Positions 49,111 to 60,200 of a DNA stretch of 64,000 bases are shown piece by piece (the stretch's first letter is position 1; every line of letters starts with the position of its first letter). The notes beneath the pieces were generated by a model. It searched no databases. It saw only the letters and a list, made by a program, of their open reading frames with translations, and was not told where the DNA came from. This DNA is from Chloroflexota bacterium (GTDB taxonomy: Bacteria > Chloroflexota > UBA4733). Both the position numbers and the translations under genes were made by a program. The stretch covers positions 2,899 to 66,898 of the forward strand of contig JAMCRV010000114.1 of NCBI GenBank assembly GCA_023381555.1, in the 5' to 3' direction.

Positions 49111-51988
49111 TGGCCGGCGGCCGGATGAGCCAAGACAGTGGCCGCAAGAGCCAGGGCAGCCCGGCTAGCAATATGGTGGCAATAACACTGGCGATGGCTC
49201 CAAGCCACACCGATGCCGGTGCATACCACACTCGAACAGTGTGCCGGCCTGCCGGCACTGGCACGGCTTGTAGGGCAAGGTCTGCCCGGTAGATTGGTAC
49301 GCGGTGACCATCCACCGTCGCCTTCCAACCTGGGTACCAACTCTGGCGTAGAAGCAGGTAGCTGGGCCCCGAGCATGACGTCTGGGCGGTAATGACTTGA
49401 CGTTGTTGTTGCACGGTGAGCGTGCCGTTGGTGCAGCGAGCAGAGGGAGGCGGTGGAGGCAGGCGGGGGTCGCCATTAGCGATGGCAATGATCCGATGGA
49501 TTGCCCGGCTGGCGAGGCTTCGTAGTGGGAGAAAGTCTGGATAACTCAGGAGAAGCGTATGGCTGAGCGGGAACGAAGGATTTGAGAGCTCCTTCGCTAT
49601 CGTGCCGTTATCTCCCGATGTTCTCATAGACCCGTAGAGACTGGCGAACGGCGCGGGTGATGAAGCTTCATACACCGACACGTCACCGCGAAGCACACGC
49701 TTGAAGCCGGAGGATGGTGTCGGTGGAAGCTGCCACTGACCACGTGTAAGCGCATCGTAGATAGTGACTGCGTGGAGATCAAGAGGCTCTTGGAGGGCCT
49801 GTATCGAGATACTGGAGATCCAGCGGCGGGTGGGAAGCTGCACAACGAGGAGTTGAGCCTTGGCGCCTGCCGGCGCCCGCAGGGGAACGGCGACTGGGAT
49901 AGGTTGTAGCTGGAGTTGAGTGCTTCCGGGAATGCCCTCAACCGCCTGCTCGGACGAGCCATCAGCGAAGTGCAGTATCACAGTCATAGTAGGAGCGGGC
50001 CCGCTGTCAGACTGAGTTGTGGCGGAAACCACAAACCCAAGGGTGCTCGCCGGTTCGGCTGCATCGAGATGGAGCGCCAAAGAGCTCTCTCGAGGGAGAA
50101 CAGAGGTGAACGTCAGGTCGAAGTCTAGACCGTTCCAATGGAAGTCCTGGAGGCGGTCGTTGACGATGGTGCCGATGCCGAGCAAGTCGAGCCACGATGG
50201 AGATGGGGGAGTGCTGAGCTCATCACGGAGGAGCGCGTCAGGGTTGCTACAGATCGGACACGGCGGTAGAAACGCGCTCTTGAGCAGAACGTAGTCACGC
50301 AAGGGCAGAATGCCACCGTCATACCCATCGACACTCTGCACACCGTAGGCGAGCGGAAGATTGGGGGTGAGCACATCCTGATACTTCATGTAGATGCTGG
50401 TCGGCACGGCTGCGGCTTTACCAGCAGTAAGACGGCCAATAGCTTCCCGAGTGGCCTCATCGCCTGGGACGAAACCACTGCGAGCGATCGACAGCGCCCG
50501 ACCGTTCTCGTTGCCATTCTGGAGGAGGGTCACTGTCTGTTGGAGATCGGAATATACTTGACGGGGTACCGGCTGATTTGGAGGGAGCCAGCTCGCGGCT
50601 ACGACGAGCTCTCCCGCGCACAGGAGAGCCAGTGTCAACCGTCCGCCCCACGCGACGCGCCGAGTCAAAGCGAGGGCTATCGCCGCCGCAGTTGCGACCG
50701 CAGTAAGGCCATTCACTGCAAGTGGGCTCATCCCCGTGGCTCCAAGCACCCCCCGGGCCCCGAGAGCGGCAGCACCAACGATAAGCCCAACCCAAAGCGG
50801 CGTCATAGCTGGTGCGAAGCGCGGGCGAGCGGTGAGTGTCACATCCGCCCCCACACTCGCCAGCAGAGACAGAGCAAAGGTCGACATGTAGAGCGCTCGC
50901 GCAGGAACACGGAACGAAGCAAAGCCCGGCACAAACTTCCACGCAGCGTGCCACACAGGGGAATACAGGCCGAAGGCGAGTGCGATGCCCAGCACGAGGA
51001 GTCCTAAGAGCAGCACTCCACCTTGCCTCTTCCAAATGCTGACCATCCCAAGCACGGCGAGCAGGAAGCCTCCGACACCGACATAGCCCACGTACTCCGT
51101 GCTCGCCGGCTGCTCGCTGTAGGCGGGTAAGAACTCCCGTAAGAGCTGATCGGGGCGGAGCGAGAATGAGCTCGCCTCACCGAGGGGCAGACCTCCAGAG
51201 CGGATCGATTGCTGCGCGAGCTCGTAGGTCGGGAGAAGCTGTACTCCTGATAGCCCGATTCCTAAGATCACCGCCAGGAGCGACATAAGGGCGATGAAGA
51301 GAGCCATACGGGGGGCATGGAGGTGCTGGAATAAGCGCCAGACGATCCATAGAGCAGCGATGACAAGAAGGTAGTATGACTCCTGCGTGTGACCGGCCAA
51401 GAACTGCAAGGCGACGATGACAGCTACCGTTGCGACGTAGCGGGCCCGCCGTTGTTGCCAGGCGGCATCTAGGCCGAGGATGAGCCAGGGAAGCCACGCG
51501 GCGGCATCGACCTGATTGAGGTGCCCTGCCTGAGCCGAAAAGAAGCCACCAAGCCCAAAGGCAATCCCACCAATAAAGGCCGCAAGCCAGTGAACACGCC
51601 ACGTTCTCCGACACAGCACAGCGGCGCCAAACGCCCCCCACCAAACGTGGAGAACGACAGACGTAGCGATCGCCTCCGGGATGGGAATGAAGAAGAAGAA
51701 GACATTCGGTAGGTAGAGCACAGCTGACTGGATGTTGGCAAACAGCGGTGCGCCAAGGAACAGGTCGTTCTCCCACAGGGGAAACCGGCCGTGGAGAAGA
51801 TCGCGAACTACCGCCGTGTGGTAGGGGAAGAAATACGTCTGCGTGTCGTAGCCACCCGGGACGCCTGGCCCAAACGTGAAACGCCGGTAGGCAAGAAGGG
51901 CGGCAGCGAGCAGGCCGGCGGCTATCCACAGAAGGGATGGCAAGTCTTCACCCCACGCGATCTGCTGTGGTGCTGACCGTTGAGTCAT
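49055..51988 (-). CDS. large polytopic membrane protein, YfhO-like (putative glycosyltransferase)
   Basis: 977 aa with more than 10 N-terminal TM segments and a large C-terminal extracytoplasmic part. The N-terminal [13 protein letters not shown]...[13 protein letters not shown] resembles the YfhO family. Confidence 0.6.
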   Translation of the reverse strand: MTQRSAPQQIAWGEDLPSLLWIAAGLLAAALLAYRRFTFGPGVPGGYDTQTYFFPYHTAVVRDLLHGRFPLWENDLFLGAPLFANIQSAVLYLPNVFFFFIPIPEAIATSVVLHVWWGAFGAAVLCRRTWRVHWLAAFIGGIAFGLGGFFSAQAGHLNQVDAAAWLPWLILGLDAAWQQRRARYVATVAVIVALQFLAGHTQESYYLLVIAALWIVWRLFQHLHAPRMALFIALMSLLAVILGIGLSGVQLLPTYELAQQSIRSGGLPLGEASSFSLRPDQLLREFLPAYSEQPASTEYVGYVGVGGFLLAVLGMVSIWKRQGGVLLLGLLVLGIALAFGLYSPVWHAAWKFVPGFASFRVPARALYMSTFALSLLASVGADVTLTARPRFAPAMTPLWVGLIVGAAALGARGVLGATGMSPLAVNGLTAVATAAAIALALTRRVAWGGRLTLALLCAGELVVAASWLPPNQPVPRQVYSDLQQTVTLLQNGNENGRALSIARSGFVPGDEATREAIGRLTAGKAAAVPTSIYMKYQDVLTPNLPLAYGVQSVDGYDGGILPLRDYVLLKSAFLPPCPICSNPDALLRDELSTPPSPSWLDLLGIGTIVNDRLQDFHWNGLDFDLTFTSVLPRESSLALHLDAAEPASTLGFVVSATTQSDSGPAPTMTVILHFADGSSEQAVEGIPGSTQLQLQPIPVAVPLRAPAGAKAQLLVVQLPTRRWISSISIQALQEPLDLHAVTIYDALTRGQWQLPPTPSSGFKRVLRGDVSVYEASSPAPFASLYGSMRTSGDNGTIAKELSNPSFPLSHTLLLSYPDFLPLRSLASRAIHRIIAIANGDPRLPPPPPSARCTNGTLTVQQQRQVITAQTSCSGPSYLLLRQSWYPGWKATVDGHRVPIYRADLALQAVPVPAGRHTVRVWYAPASVWLGAIASVIATILLAGLPWLLRPLSWLIRPPANASTTAVSPSEPREKEHG

Positions 51989-52223
51989 GACTCTCCCAGG
52001 CTCACAAGTGCTCTGTGCCCATCAGCCCCCCGATCATAACCGTCTGAGGTCGCGGTGCGGGCACTTGCCCTCTTGGTGCCGCTGTCTTCCTGGTACACTA
52101 CTCACTTGCGATTTGAAGCATTGTCGCGGTCTTGCGCACTGGCGTGTGGTTCAGTTGCGGGGTGTGCTTCTTAGCAGCCCAGAGACGTGCGCTACGTACA
52201 GAGAGATTACGGGTGGAACTCAG

Positions 52224-52418
52224 ATGCCGAAGCTCAAGACGCATAAGGGAGCTGTCAAGCGGTTTTCCCTCACCGGGACCGGCAAGATACGATTTCGAAA
52301 GGCGTGGCAGAACCATCGCCGCCACAAGAGTGACCAGAATCGCCGGCTCCTGGGGCGGATGCAAGTTGCGCCTTCCAGTGAGCGAAGCCATTTGCGCCAA
52401 GCGTTGAGCGCTCAGTAG
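52224..52418 (+). CDS. rpmI: 50S ribosomal protein L35
   Basis: The internal ATG at 52224 of the track ORF gives [31 protein letters not shown], a classic L35 N-terminus. Confidence 0.9.
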   Translation: MPKLKTHKGAVKRFSLTGTGKIRFRKAWQNHRRHKSDQNRRLLGRMQVAPSSERSHLRQALSAQ

Positions 52419-52478
52419 CAGCGGGCGTAGACTAGCGGTCAAAGCACCGAGTCTTGAGGATTTGAGAGGAGAAGAGCA

Positions 52479-52841
52479 GTGCCACGCGCCCGGCGGAGTG
52501 TTGCAGCGCATAAGCGGCATAAGAAGGTTCTGGTCCAGACTGAGGGTCAGCGTGGAGTCCGGCACCGGCTTTTTCGTCTTGCCCATGAGTCCTTGTTGCG
52601 TTCACTCGCCTTTGCGACCGAGGATCGCCGTAAGCGAAAGCGCGATTTCCGCTCGCTGTGGATCACGCGGATCAATGCAGCGTGCCGGCTGCGGGACTTC
52701 GATTACCATCGATTCATCCACGGTCTGGAACGCGCCAACGTTCGTGTCGACCGCAAGATTCTGGCTGATCTCGCAGTCAACGAACCGGCAGCATTTTCCC
52801 AACTGGTGACGCAGGCGCGCGCAGCCCTTGCACAGGACTGA
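52479..52841 (+). CDS. rplT: 50S ribosomal protein L20
   Basis: 120 aa with MPRARRSVAAHKRHKKVL...RDFRSLWITRINAA. Confidence 0.93.
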   Translation: MPRARRSVAAHKRHKKVLVQTEGQRGVRHRLFRLAHESLLRSLAFATEDRRKRKRDFRSLWITRINAACRLRDFDYHRFIHGLERANVRVDRKILADLAVNEPAAFSQLVTQARAALAQD

Positions 52842-52864
52842 GCTTTGCTTGTCTTGCAGATGCG

Positions 52865-53680
52865 GTGATCACGAGCGTTACGAATTCGCGTGCGCGACTA
52901 CTTCGCAGTCTTGCTTCTCCTCGTGGCCGCGCTGAGTCTGGACTGTTTCTCGCTGAAGGCACGCGCCTTGTTGCAGCGGGCCTTCAGTTCGGGCTCAATC
53001 CAGTGCTCGCTCTCGTTGATCCGCAGTGTGTGAGGGAGTCTTCAGCGTCACAGGTTGTGACGGCGGAGCTGTTCAACCGCGCAGAAGAGTGCGAAGAGGC
53101 ATCCTCGAAGGTACTGGACAGTATCAGCGATGTTCGGCATCATCAGGGCGTAGTCGCTGCATTTCGTATCGGGTCGTTTCACACACCTTCCAAGCGCACG
53201 AAGGGTGCGCTGCTAGATGCTGTCATCGTGCTTGACGGAGTGACCGATCCAGGCAATGCGGGCACGGTGCTCCGTTCCTCTGCCGCCGCCGGAGTGCGGC
53301 GCGCGATCTTGACATCTGGATGTGTCGATCCCTACAACCCGAAAGTGGTGCGAGCCGGCGCGGGGGCACACTTCGTGCTTGAGATCAGCACGGCATTTCG
53401 CTGGCCTGAGCTCACGTCGCACACGCCTTCCCTACCCCCGCTGTACTTGGCTGATGCACATAGAGGCAAACCTCAGTGGGAGGTAGACTGGCGCGCACCG
53501 TTCGGGCTGGTCATTGGGAGCGAAGCGCACGGCCACTCTCTGGCAGCAAAGAAAGCAGCAGAAGGGTTCGTTCGAATTCCCCAGCCCGGAGCCGCGGAGT
53601 CGCTCAATGCGGCTGTCGCGAGTGCTATTGTCCTATTCGAGGCCGTTCGTCAACGTATTCAGGGGAGTGCTCGCTCGTGA
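52865..53680 (+). CDS. TrmH/SpoU-family RNA methyltransferase
   Basis: 271 aa with DGVTDPGNAGTVLRSSAAAG, IGSEAHG, ESLNAAVASAIVLFE. Confidence 0.85.
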   Translation: MITSVTNSRARLLRSLASPRGRAESGLFLAEGTRLVAAGLQFGLNPVLALVDPQCVRESSASQVVTAELFNRAEECEEASSKVLDSISDVRHHQGVVAAFRIGSFHTPSKRTKGALLDAVIVLDGVTDPGNAGTVLRSSAAAGVRRAILTSGCVDPYNPKVVRAGAGAHFVLEISTAFRWPELTSHTPSLPPLYLADAHRGKPQWEVDWRAPFGLVIGSEAHGHSLAAKKAAEGFVRIPQPGAAESLNAAVASAIVLFEAVRQRIQGSARS

Positions 53681-54840
53681 CAGGCTTGCCGGATACCCTC
53701 CGGGTTGCACTAGTCCACGATTATCTCAATCAGATGGGCGGGGCCGAGCAGGTTCTGGAGGTATTCCATACGCTCTTCCCCTCCGCCCCGATTTTCGTGA
53801 GCGTGTTTGACCGCAAAGTCATGCCCCCTGCGTTTCGCGATATGGACATTCGCACGAGCTTCATGCAGCGCATTTCTCCTCGCACGAGTGTTGCGTATAA
53901 GCTCTTGCCGCTATTCCCGCTCGCTTTCGAGCGGTTCGATCTTCGCGAGTACGATCTCGTCTTGAGCAGCACCACTACCTTTGCGAAAGGGGTCTTGACG
54001 AGGCCACACACGTGTCACGTGTGCTATTGCAACACCCCGTTTCGCTACCTCTGGATGTATCAAGAATATGTCGAGAATCAGCGCGTCAGCCGCCCCGTGG
54101 AGGCGCTGCTCTCGGCTCTTGCAACGCCGCTACGTGTGTGGGACTTTGCCGCTGCCCAAAGGGTGGACTACTTTCTCGCAGGCTCAAGAAATGCCGCACG
54201 GCGCATCAAGAAGTTCTACCGGCGTGAATCTTCGGTACTCCACTCACCGGTTGACGTCCAGTCGATGCCACTGGGGAGGAATTCTGGGGAGTACTACCTC
54301 TTGGCGGGGCGGCACCAAGCATACAAGCGCATGGACCTCGCTATCGCTGCTTGTAACACCCTGCACTTGCCCCTCATCGTGACGAACGAGGGTCCGGAAA
54401 CGGCCAGATTGAAGGCGCTCGCCGGACCCACGGTTCAGTTCACAGGGCGCTTGACACACTCCGAGCTACGGCAGGTCTTCGCTGGCGCCCGGGCACTGCT
54501 CTGGCCTGGAGAAGAGGACTATGGCATAGCACCAGTGGAGGCGATGGGGGCCGGACGTCCCGTGATTGCGATCAAGCGCGGTGGCGTATGTGAGACTGTC
54601 ATAGCCGGGCAGACCGGTGTGTTCTTCGAGAAGCAGACAGTGGAGAGCTTGGTAGAGGCGTTGCGGAACTTTGAAATGCTGTCATTCGATCCACAGCGGA
54701 TCCGCGCGCACGCCATGCAGTTTGACGAATCTGTCTTCAAGCAGCGTCTCCTAGCGCTCTTGGGTGATCTGTGGGACGCGCACACGGAGCAGCTTCACTC
54801 CGGATCGCTACTCGGAGCGCCGTTGAACTCGCTCGACTGA
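53677..54840 (+). CDS. glycosyltransferase, GT-B group 1 family
   Basis: Contains RVALVHDYLNQMGGAEQ and the C-terminal EEDYGIAPVEAMGAGRPVIA (E-x7-E). GTG 53677 overlaps the upstream stop (GTGA); the track ORF starts at 53476 inside the upstream gene. Confidence 0.85.
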   Translation: MTGLPDTLRVALVHDYLNQMGGAEQVLEVFHTLFPSAPIFVSVFDRKVMPPAFRDMDIRTSFMQRISPRTSVAYKLLPLFPLAFERFDLREYDLVLSSTTTFAKGVLTRPHTCHVCYCNTPFRYLWMYQEYVENQRVSRPVEALLSALATPLRVWDFAAAQRVDYFLAGSRNAARRIKKFYRRESSVLHSPVDVQSMPLGRNSGEYYLLAGRHQAYKRMDLAIAACNTLHLPLIVTNEGPETARLKALAGPTVQFTGRLTHSELRQVFAGARALLWPGEEDYGIAPVEAMGAGRPVIAIKRGGVCETVIAGQTGVFFEKQTVESLVEALRNFEMLSFDPQRIRAHAMQFDESVFKQRLLALLGDLWDAHTEQLHSGSLLGAPLNSLD

Positions 54841-55118
54841 CTTCCGTTGCGTGGAGTCTTCACCTTGGTTTTGACCGTACGTGTGCCACCTTTGTCGCCT
54901 GTCGCCGGCTCGTCATCAACGAGGGAGGAGTGCGCGGAATTCGGTCACTGGCGGACCTGGATCTCACACTGATCCACAGTCACCCGCCTCTTGGTAGTGG
55001 GCCTTTTCTACCGGGGCGCTTGTGCCCACGCTCCAACGCATGAATTCGGCGGGCGTCCATTGCCGTCTCCTATGCCGCTAGTAAAGAGGGCGCGGACGGT
55101 GTGAGCGCCTTGCTGAGT

Positions 55119-55454
55119 CTAGTACCGGTTAGAGCGCATCTTGGCGTAGCACTCGTTACAGTACACCGGCTTGCCCGATGTCGGCTGAAACGGCACGCGT
55201 GCCTCGCGCCCGCACGAGGAACAGGGAACCGTATAGTACTCGCGCTGGCTGTGGCTGCCCGCGTTGTCATACCCAGGCCCGGCAGAACGGTTCTCTCGCG
55301 TACCGGCTGACGACTTGCGCGTTGAGCGGCACTCCGGGCAGCGAGAAGGATCGTGAGAAAGACCATGCGAAGCGTAGAACTGCTGCTCCCCGATAGTGAA
55401 CACAAACGAGCGACCACACTCCCGACACGTCAACGTCTTGTCAGATAGGGCCAT
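55119..55454 (-). CDS. zinc-ribbon protein (two CxxC pairs at each end)
   Basis: 111 aa with CRECG...CPEC and CSSCG...CNEC separated by a basic linker. It is the last gene before the defence island. Confidence 0.6.
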   Translation of the reverse strand: MALSDKTLTCRECGRSFVFTIGEQQFYASHGLSHDPSRCPECRSTRKSSAGTRENRSAGPGYDNAGSHSQREYYTVPCSSCGREARVPFQPTSGKPVYCNECYAKMRSNRY

Positions 55455-55920
55455 TAGAGACGAACCTCCCTGGAAACAGCTACCACCTAAGGTCTGGAGA
55501 CTCGTCTGCTTAGCCCTGGGCGGCTACGTACCGATTGGCCCGGTGTTCACTCGCGGACGGGACTCAACAACCGGCAAGAGTATACCTGAAGGCTCCAGCG
55601 TTTCCTAGATCATAGACCTCATGGTGGAAATCAAGGCATGGTGACGGCTCGATCGCTGGCATCCAAGACCAGAATCACACTCTGCTAGCATCGTGAGGAT
55701 GGGATCTTGCTGGCGTGGGTTGGACAAGGAGAGACGTGCGGTGTAGTGGTTCGCGCGCAGTAGCAGCAGTGCGGACGGCGTGTCTGACGCCGAGGCCTAC
55801 ACAGCGCTGTCTCGTAATCGCGCGTGGAACTGCTCGCCATTGCCAACCGCTCGCCGCCGCCATTGCCATTCCTGATCGCCAGGAGTATTCTGCGGCGAGA
55901 AGAAAGCTTGTGCTGGCAAC

Positions 55921-56631
55921 GTGATTGCGACAGACACCCAGTGGCGCGCCTGCGGCCCGTACTTGGCAGTTAATGCCTCGAAGGCGGGGCTAGTCGATGA
56001 GACGCGCCTCGCCCTGCTGCTCTATCAGCGTCTTGGCGATCTAGACGCAACGAAACGGAAGTTGCTCCAGGACGTCCTGCCCCAGCGCTCTCGCTCCTCG
56101 CGGGAGGGCATCGTGGAACGCATCGTGTCGCGGCTGGCGCGCTGGAACCCGCCGGCCTGGGTCTGCCAGGATCTCATTGCCGCTGCGACCGTGGAGGATG
56201 GCATCGACCTGCGCGCCTTGCTGCTCGTGCACGCCGCCCGGCAAGACAGGCTGCTGTACGAGGTGATCCAATGCCTCGTGGTACCGCGCTGGCGCCGGGG
56301 GGAACAGCAAATCATCCGCGCTGACGTCCAGCACTTCCTCGATGCAGCGGAGTCCGACCATCCTGAAATAGCCCGTTGGAGCCGGCAGACGCGAGAGAAG
56401 CTGGCCAGCAACGTCCTGGCTATCCTGCACGACTATGGCCTCCTGACCGGCAAGGTGACGCGGCGCATCGTCGAGCCGGTGGTGCGTTCAAACGTGGCCG
56501 GGCATTTGGAACGGTTGCTGCTGGAAGAAGGGATCGTGCCAGAGGCCGTCCCCACGCACCCGGACTGGCGGCTGTGGCTTTGGGATGAGCAACGCGTCAA
56601 GAGCTGGCAGATCCGTCGCGATCGGAAGTAA
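55921..56631 (+). CDS. brxA: BrxA-like protein (DUF1819-type)
   Basis: 236 aa and first gene of the cassette. Its size, position and helical pattern (LLLVHAARQDRLLYEVI) are consistent with BrxA. Called mainly from context. Confidence 0.55.
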   Translation: MIATDTQWRACGPYLAVNASKAGLVDETRLALLLYQRLGDLDATKRKLLQDVLPQRSRSSREGIVERIVSRLARWNPPAWVCQDLIAAATVEDGIDLRALLLVHAARQDRLLYEVIQCLVVPRWRRGEQQIIRADVQHFLDAAESDHPEIARWSRQTREKLASNVLAILHDYGLLTGKVTRRIVEPVVRSNVAGHLERLLLEEGIVPEAVPTHPDWRLWLWDEQRVKSWQIRRDRK

Positions 56632-57218
56632 TGGGAATGGATGAGCTAGGCACGCGACTAGAGGCGCTGCTGGTGCGTCTACGCACGGCATATGACGGCA
56701 TCGGCCATAGCTATGGCCGGCCCTACATCTACTTCGTCTACCGGCCGGCGGAGGAACGGGCGCTGCGCAAGCTGGCGGATGAGACATTGCGCAGCGACCA
56801 GACGCTACGCTTTCACCACCTCGATCTGCTGCCGTTGACCATCGCCAGCATCGCCGGCCAGGAGGAGCGCCGGCAGGAGCTGCTGGCCGGTCCGCGCGGC
56901 GGGGCGGTGGCGGGGCAGATCTTGGGACACTGGGTACGGACGTTGGGGCGAGAGATCGACCAGCAGCTCATCGCTATGCAGGATGGCCGGCGGCCGGTCG
57001 TCGTGCTGCGCGGCCTGGCGGCGCTCCATCCGCTCAGTCATCCGACGGCTATGATGGAAGCGCTAGCCGAGCAAGAACCGCGCGATGCCGAGACTGGGCG
57101 GACGGTGCCGCTTGTCGCCCTGGTGCCGGGCGTCCGTCCTCCCCAGACCAGCCGCGAGTATCTGTTTCTGGGGCAGGAGCGGCTGCGCTTCACGTTCTAC
57201 CGAGGAGAGGAGTGGTAA
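56631..57218 (+). CDS. brxB: BrxB-like protein (DUF1788-type)
   Basis: 195 aa. Its start overlaps the brxA stop (TAATG). It has PYIYFVYRPAEE, VVVLRGLAALHP and a C-terminal FTFYRGEEW resembling DUF1788. Confidence 0.6.
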   Translation: MGMDELGTRLEALLVRLRTAYDGIGHSYGRPYIYFVYRPAEERALRKLADETLRSDQTLRFHHLDLLPLTIASIAGQEERRQELLAGPRGGAVAGQILGHWVRTLGREIDQQLIAMQDGRRPVVVLRGLAALHPLSHPTAMMEALAEQEPRDAETGRTVPLVALVPGVRPPQTSREYLFLGQERLRFTFYRGEEW

Positions 57219-60200
57219 TGGCAATCCGCGATCTCTTCGCCACGCGCATTCAGGAGCGCATCGAGCCGGTCGTGAAGATTGCCGACCGTCGCCCCGCCGT
57301 GCTGGCGGGAGAGCTCTCGGCGCTGGTGGTGACGCCCCAATGGGAGCAGTACCTGCGCCGCATCCTCGATGCCTACGTCGACGCTGCCGATCGTGACGAC
57401 GAACAGGCCATCGGCATCTGGATCAGCGGCTTCTTCGGCTCCGGAAAGTCCTTACTGCTCAAAGTGCTGGGTGCACTCCTGGAAGGCGGCGAGCTGGGAG
57501 GGCGCTCCGTCCACGAGATGTTCCTGGAGCGCCTACCGGCGAATAGCCCGGACCGCACCGAGTTGCAGCACCTGCTCACGGCCAGCGCTCATCGGGTGTC
57601 CGCCACCGCCGTAGGCGGCAACCTGCACGCGCTGATCGGTGACACCAGTGACACGCTGGCCCTGATCACCTTCAAGCTGTTTGCCCAGGCGCGAGGCTAC
57701 ACCACGAACTGGGCGCTGGCCTGGGCGGTGGAGTATCAGCTTGACCGGCGCGGCAGCACCGCCGCCTTCCAGCAACACGCTGCCAGCCTGTGCGAGTGCG
57801 ACTGGGAAGACCTCGCCGCCGACGCCGACTTCTATGCCGGCCAGCTCTATCAGGCCGCCGCTGATACGCTGCCAGAGCACTTTGCTGGCGGAGCAGCTGC
57901 CGTGGAACGGGCGGTGGCGGGCGCCACCCGCAACGGCATCGACGCGCGTATGCTAGTGGAGCGGCTGCGGACCTGGTGTGAAGCGCGCGACGCCCATGGA
58001 CGGCGGCATAAAGTGCTACTGCAACTGGACGAGCTGGGCCAGTGGATCGGTGGTGATCCACACAACCGCACCATGCAGGTGGCCGCGCTGGCGGAGGAGG
58101 CGGCCGTGCACGGCGGTGGTCGGGTCTGGATCGGCGTCACTGCTCATGGTGACGTGCAGGAGCTCAGCCAGAACATTCAGCAGGAGTACTATGCCAAGAT
58201 CGTCCAGCGTTTCGGCACGCGCTACAAGCTCAGCAACGAGGAGATGGGCCAGGTCGTCGAGCAGCGCGTGCTCCAGAAGACCCAGCCGGGGCGCCGGGAG
58301 CTGGAGCAGCGGTTCGACGCGCGTAGCGGCGAGCTGACCGACCTCGGCACCCTGGAGCGACCCCAACGGGTCTATGCATCGCCGGACCGGCGGAGCGTAG
58401 CGCTCTTCTATCCCTACTTGCCCTGGACCGTCGCGGTGGTGCCCGACATCGTCAAGAACATCGCTCTGGCTGCGGGACGCGGTGAGGCGCTGAGCGGCGC
58501 CACCCGCACTATGATCGGCGTGGTACAGGGCGGCATCATCGAGACGCCTGGTCTGCTCGACGGCCCGGTCGGACCGCTCTTGAGCCTGGCTGACGTGTAC
58601 GATCAGGTCTCGAGCGACGTGCCCATCGAAACCAAGACCGACCTGAACAGCGTGTTGAAGTCGGTGCCGGAAGCAACGGCGTTCACGGTGCGCGTCGCGC
58701 GGGGCCTGTACCTGCTGGGCAAGGCGGAGTACATCCCACCGACGCTGGAAAATGTGACGCGGGCTCTGGCCGGCGGCCTCGATACTGACCTGGGGGCGCT
58801 GCGCCGGCAGGTGCAGACCGAGCTGGTCCGGCTCATCGACGCGGGCTACGCCAAGCAGGTGGGGGAGGAATACGTCTTCCTCAGCACGCAGCAGCGCGGC
58901 TTCCAGGCTCGCGTGCGCGAGCGGCAGGGCGAACTAGAGAGCCGTAGCTACGAGCTGGTCCAGGCGCTCAAGGAGTTCGAGAGCGATGAGGCTCTGCGCT
59001 TCGACCGGCCGGCCATCGCCGGCGGGCGGGAAATCCCATTGAAATTGGAGATCGACGAGCGCACCGTGCGCAACATCGGCGCCAGCGTGACGTTGCGCGT
59101 CTACAGTCCTTTGCAGCGGGCGCTCGATCCGGCCATCGGCGACGACGTCACACTCAACCAGCGTTCCAACGGCGAGCCGAACAGCATCATTGTGCGCCTG
59201 GGCGAGGCGCCCGACCTGCGCAAGAAACTGGCGCTCACTTTGGCGACGGCCCAGGTCGCCGAGGAGACGCTCAGTGCTACCCCCAACGGTCCGGAGGCGG
59301 AGGTCGCCCGGCAGGCGCGCCAGAACGACCTACCCAGCTTCCGGACGGATGTGCGCCGGCTGCTCGCTCAGGCGGTACGCAACGCTGTCCTCTTTTTCCG
59401 GGGCAGCGGCTACCAGCTCGCCGCGGGTGACAGCCCGGCCGGGGCGGTACGGGCGACGCTGGCCCAGCTCCTGCCCCAGGTCTACCCACGCTTCGCTGAC
59501 GTGCCGCAGCGCATCGCCAATGAAGAGTCAGCGGTGCGCACCGCGCTGGCCGGGGCCGCAAACAGCGACCTCCAGGCGCTCGGCGTCTACAAGGCCGACA
59601 AGAGCATCAATGAAGCCCACGTCCTGCTCACTACCCTGCGCGGAGAGCTGCCGGTAGAAGGACAAGACACGTTGCCGGTGCTCGCGGAGCAGATCCGCAC
59701 CAAGCTGGAAGGACCGCCCTTCGGCTGGGACGGCAACTGCGTCAAGGTGGGGCTGGCGCTGCTGCTGCGCTGTTCCGGCTGCAAGCTGATCGACAACGGG
59801 CAGCCGGTGACCGACCCAACCAACCCGGAAGCGTCCCTCTTGCTCACGCGCGAGCAGCGCTTCAAGAACCTGCGCGTCGTGGCTGTGCGTGGCACCCTCA
59901 CCATGCCGGAGCAGATCCAGATCCGGACGGCGCTGGAGGAAATCTTCCATGAAAAAGCGTCCCTGGTGCCGGCGACGCTCAATGCTAGGCTGGGCACAGG
60001 ATTGGACGCGCTGGTGCGACGGGCACAAGACCTGAGCTCCTGGGCAAATGCGGCCCGCTGCCCCTTGCCGCTGGCCTTCGAGTCTGGACTGAGTCGGGCC
60101 GGCGACCTTGCCAGCGTTACCGCGCCGGCCGTCCGTCTCCAGCGTTTCCTGGGAGAAAGGGAGGCGCTGCGGGACTGGGCGGCGCTGGTGGATGAGTTGG

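Noticed and set aside
55455-55920. The intergenic region before brxA was searched for a CRISPR array, a tRNA or att site, or a regulator gene.
   Set aside because: No periodic repeats, tRNA-like sequence or convincing ORF were seen. The 64-69-aa ORFs there are Arg/Ala-rich and overlap each other on both strands.
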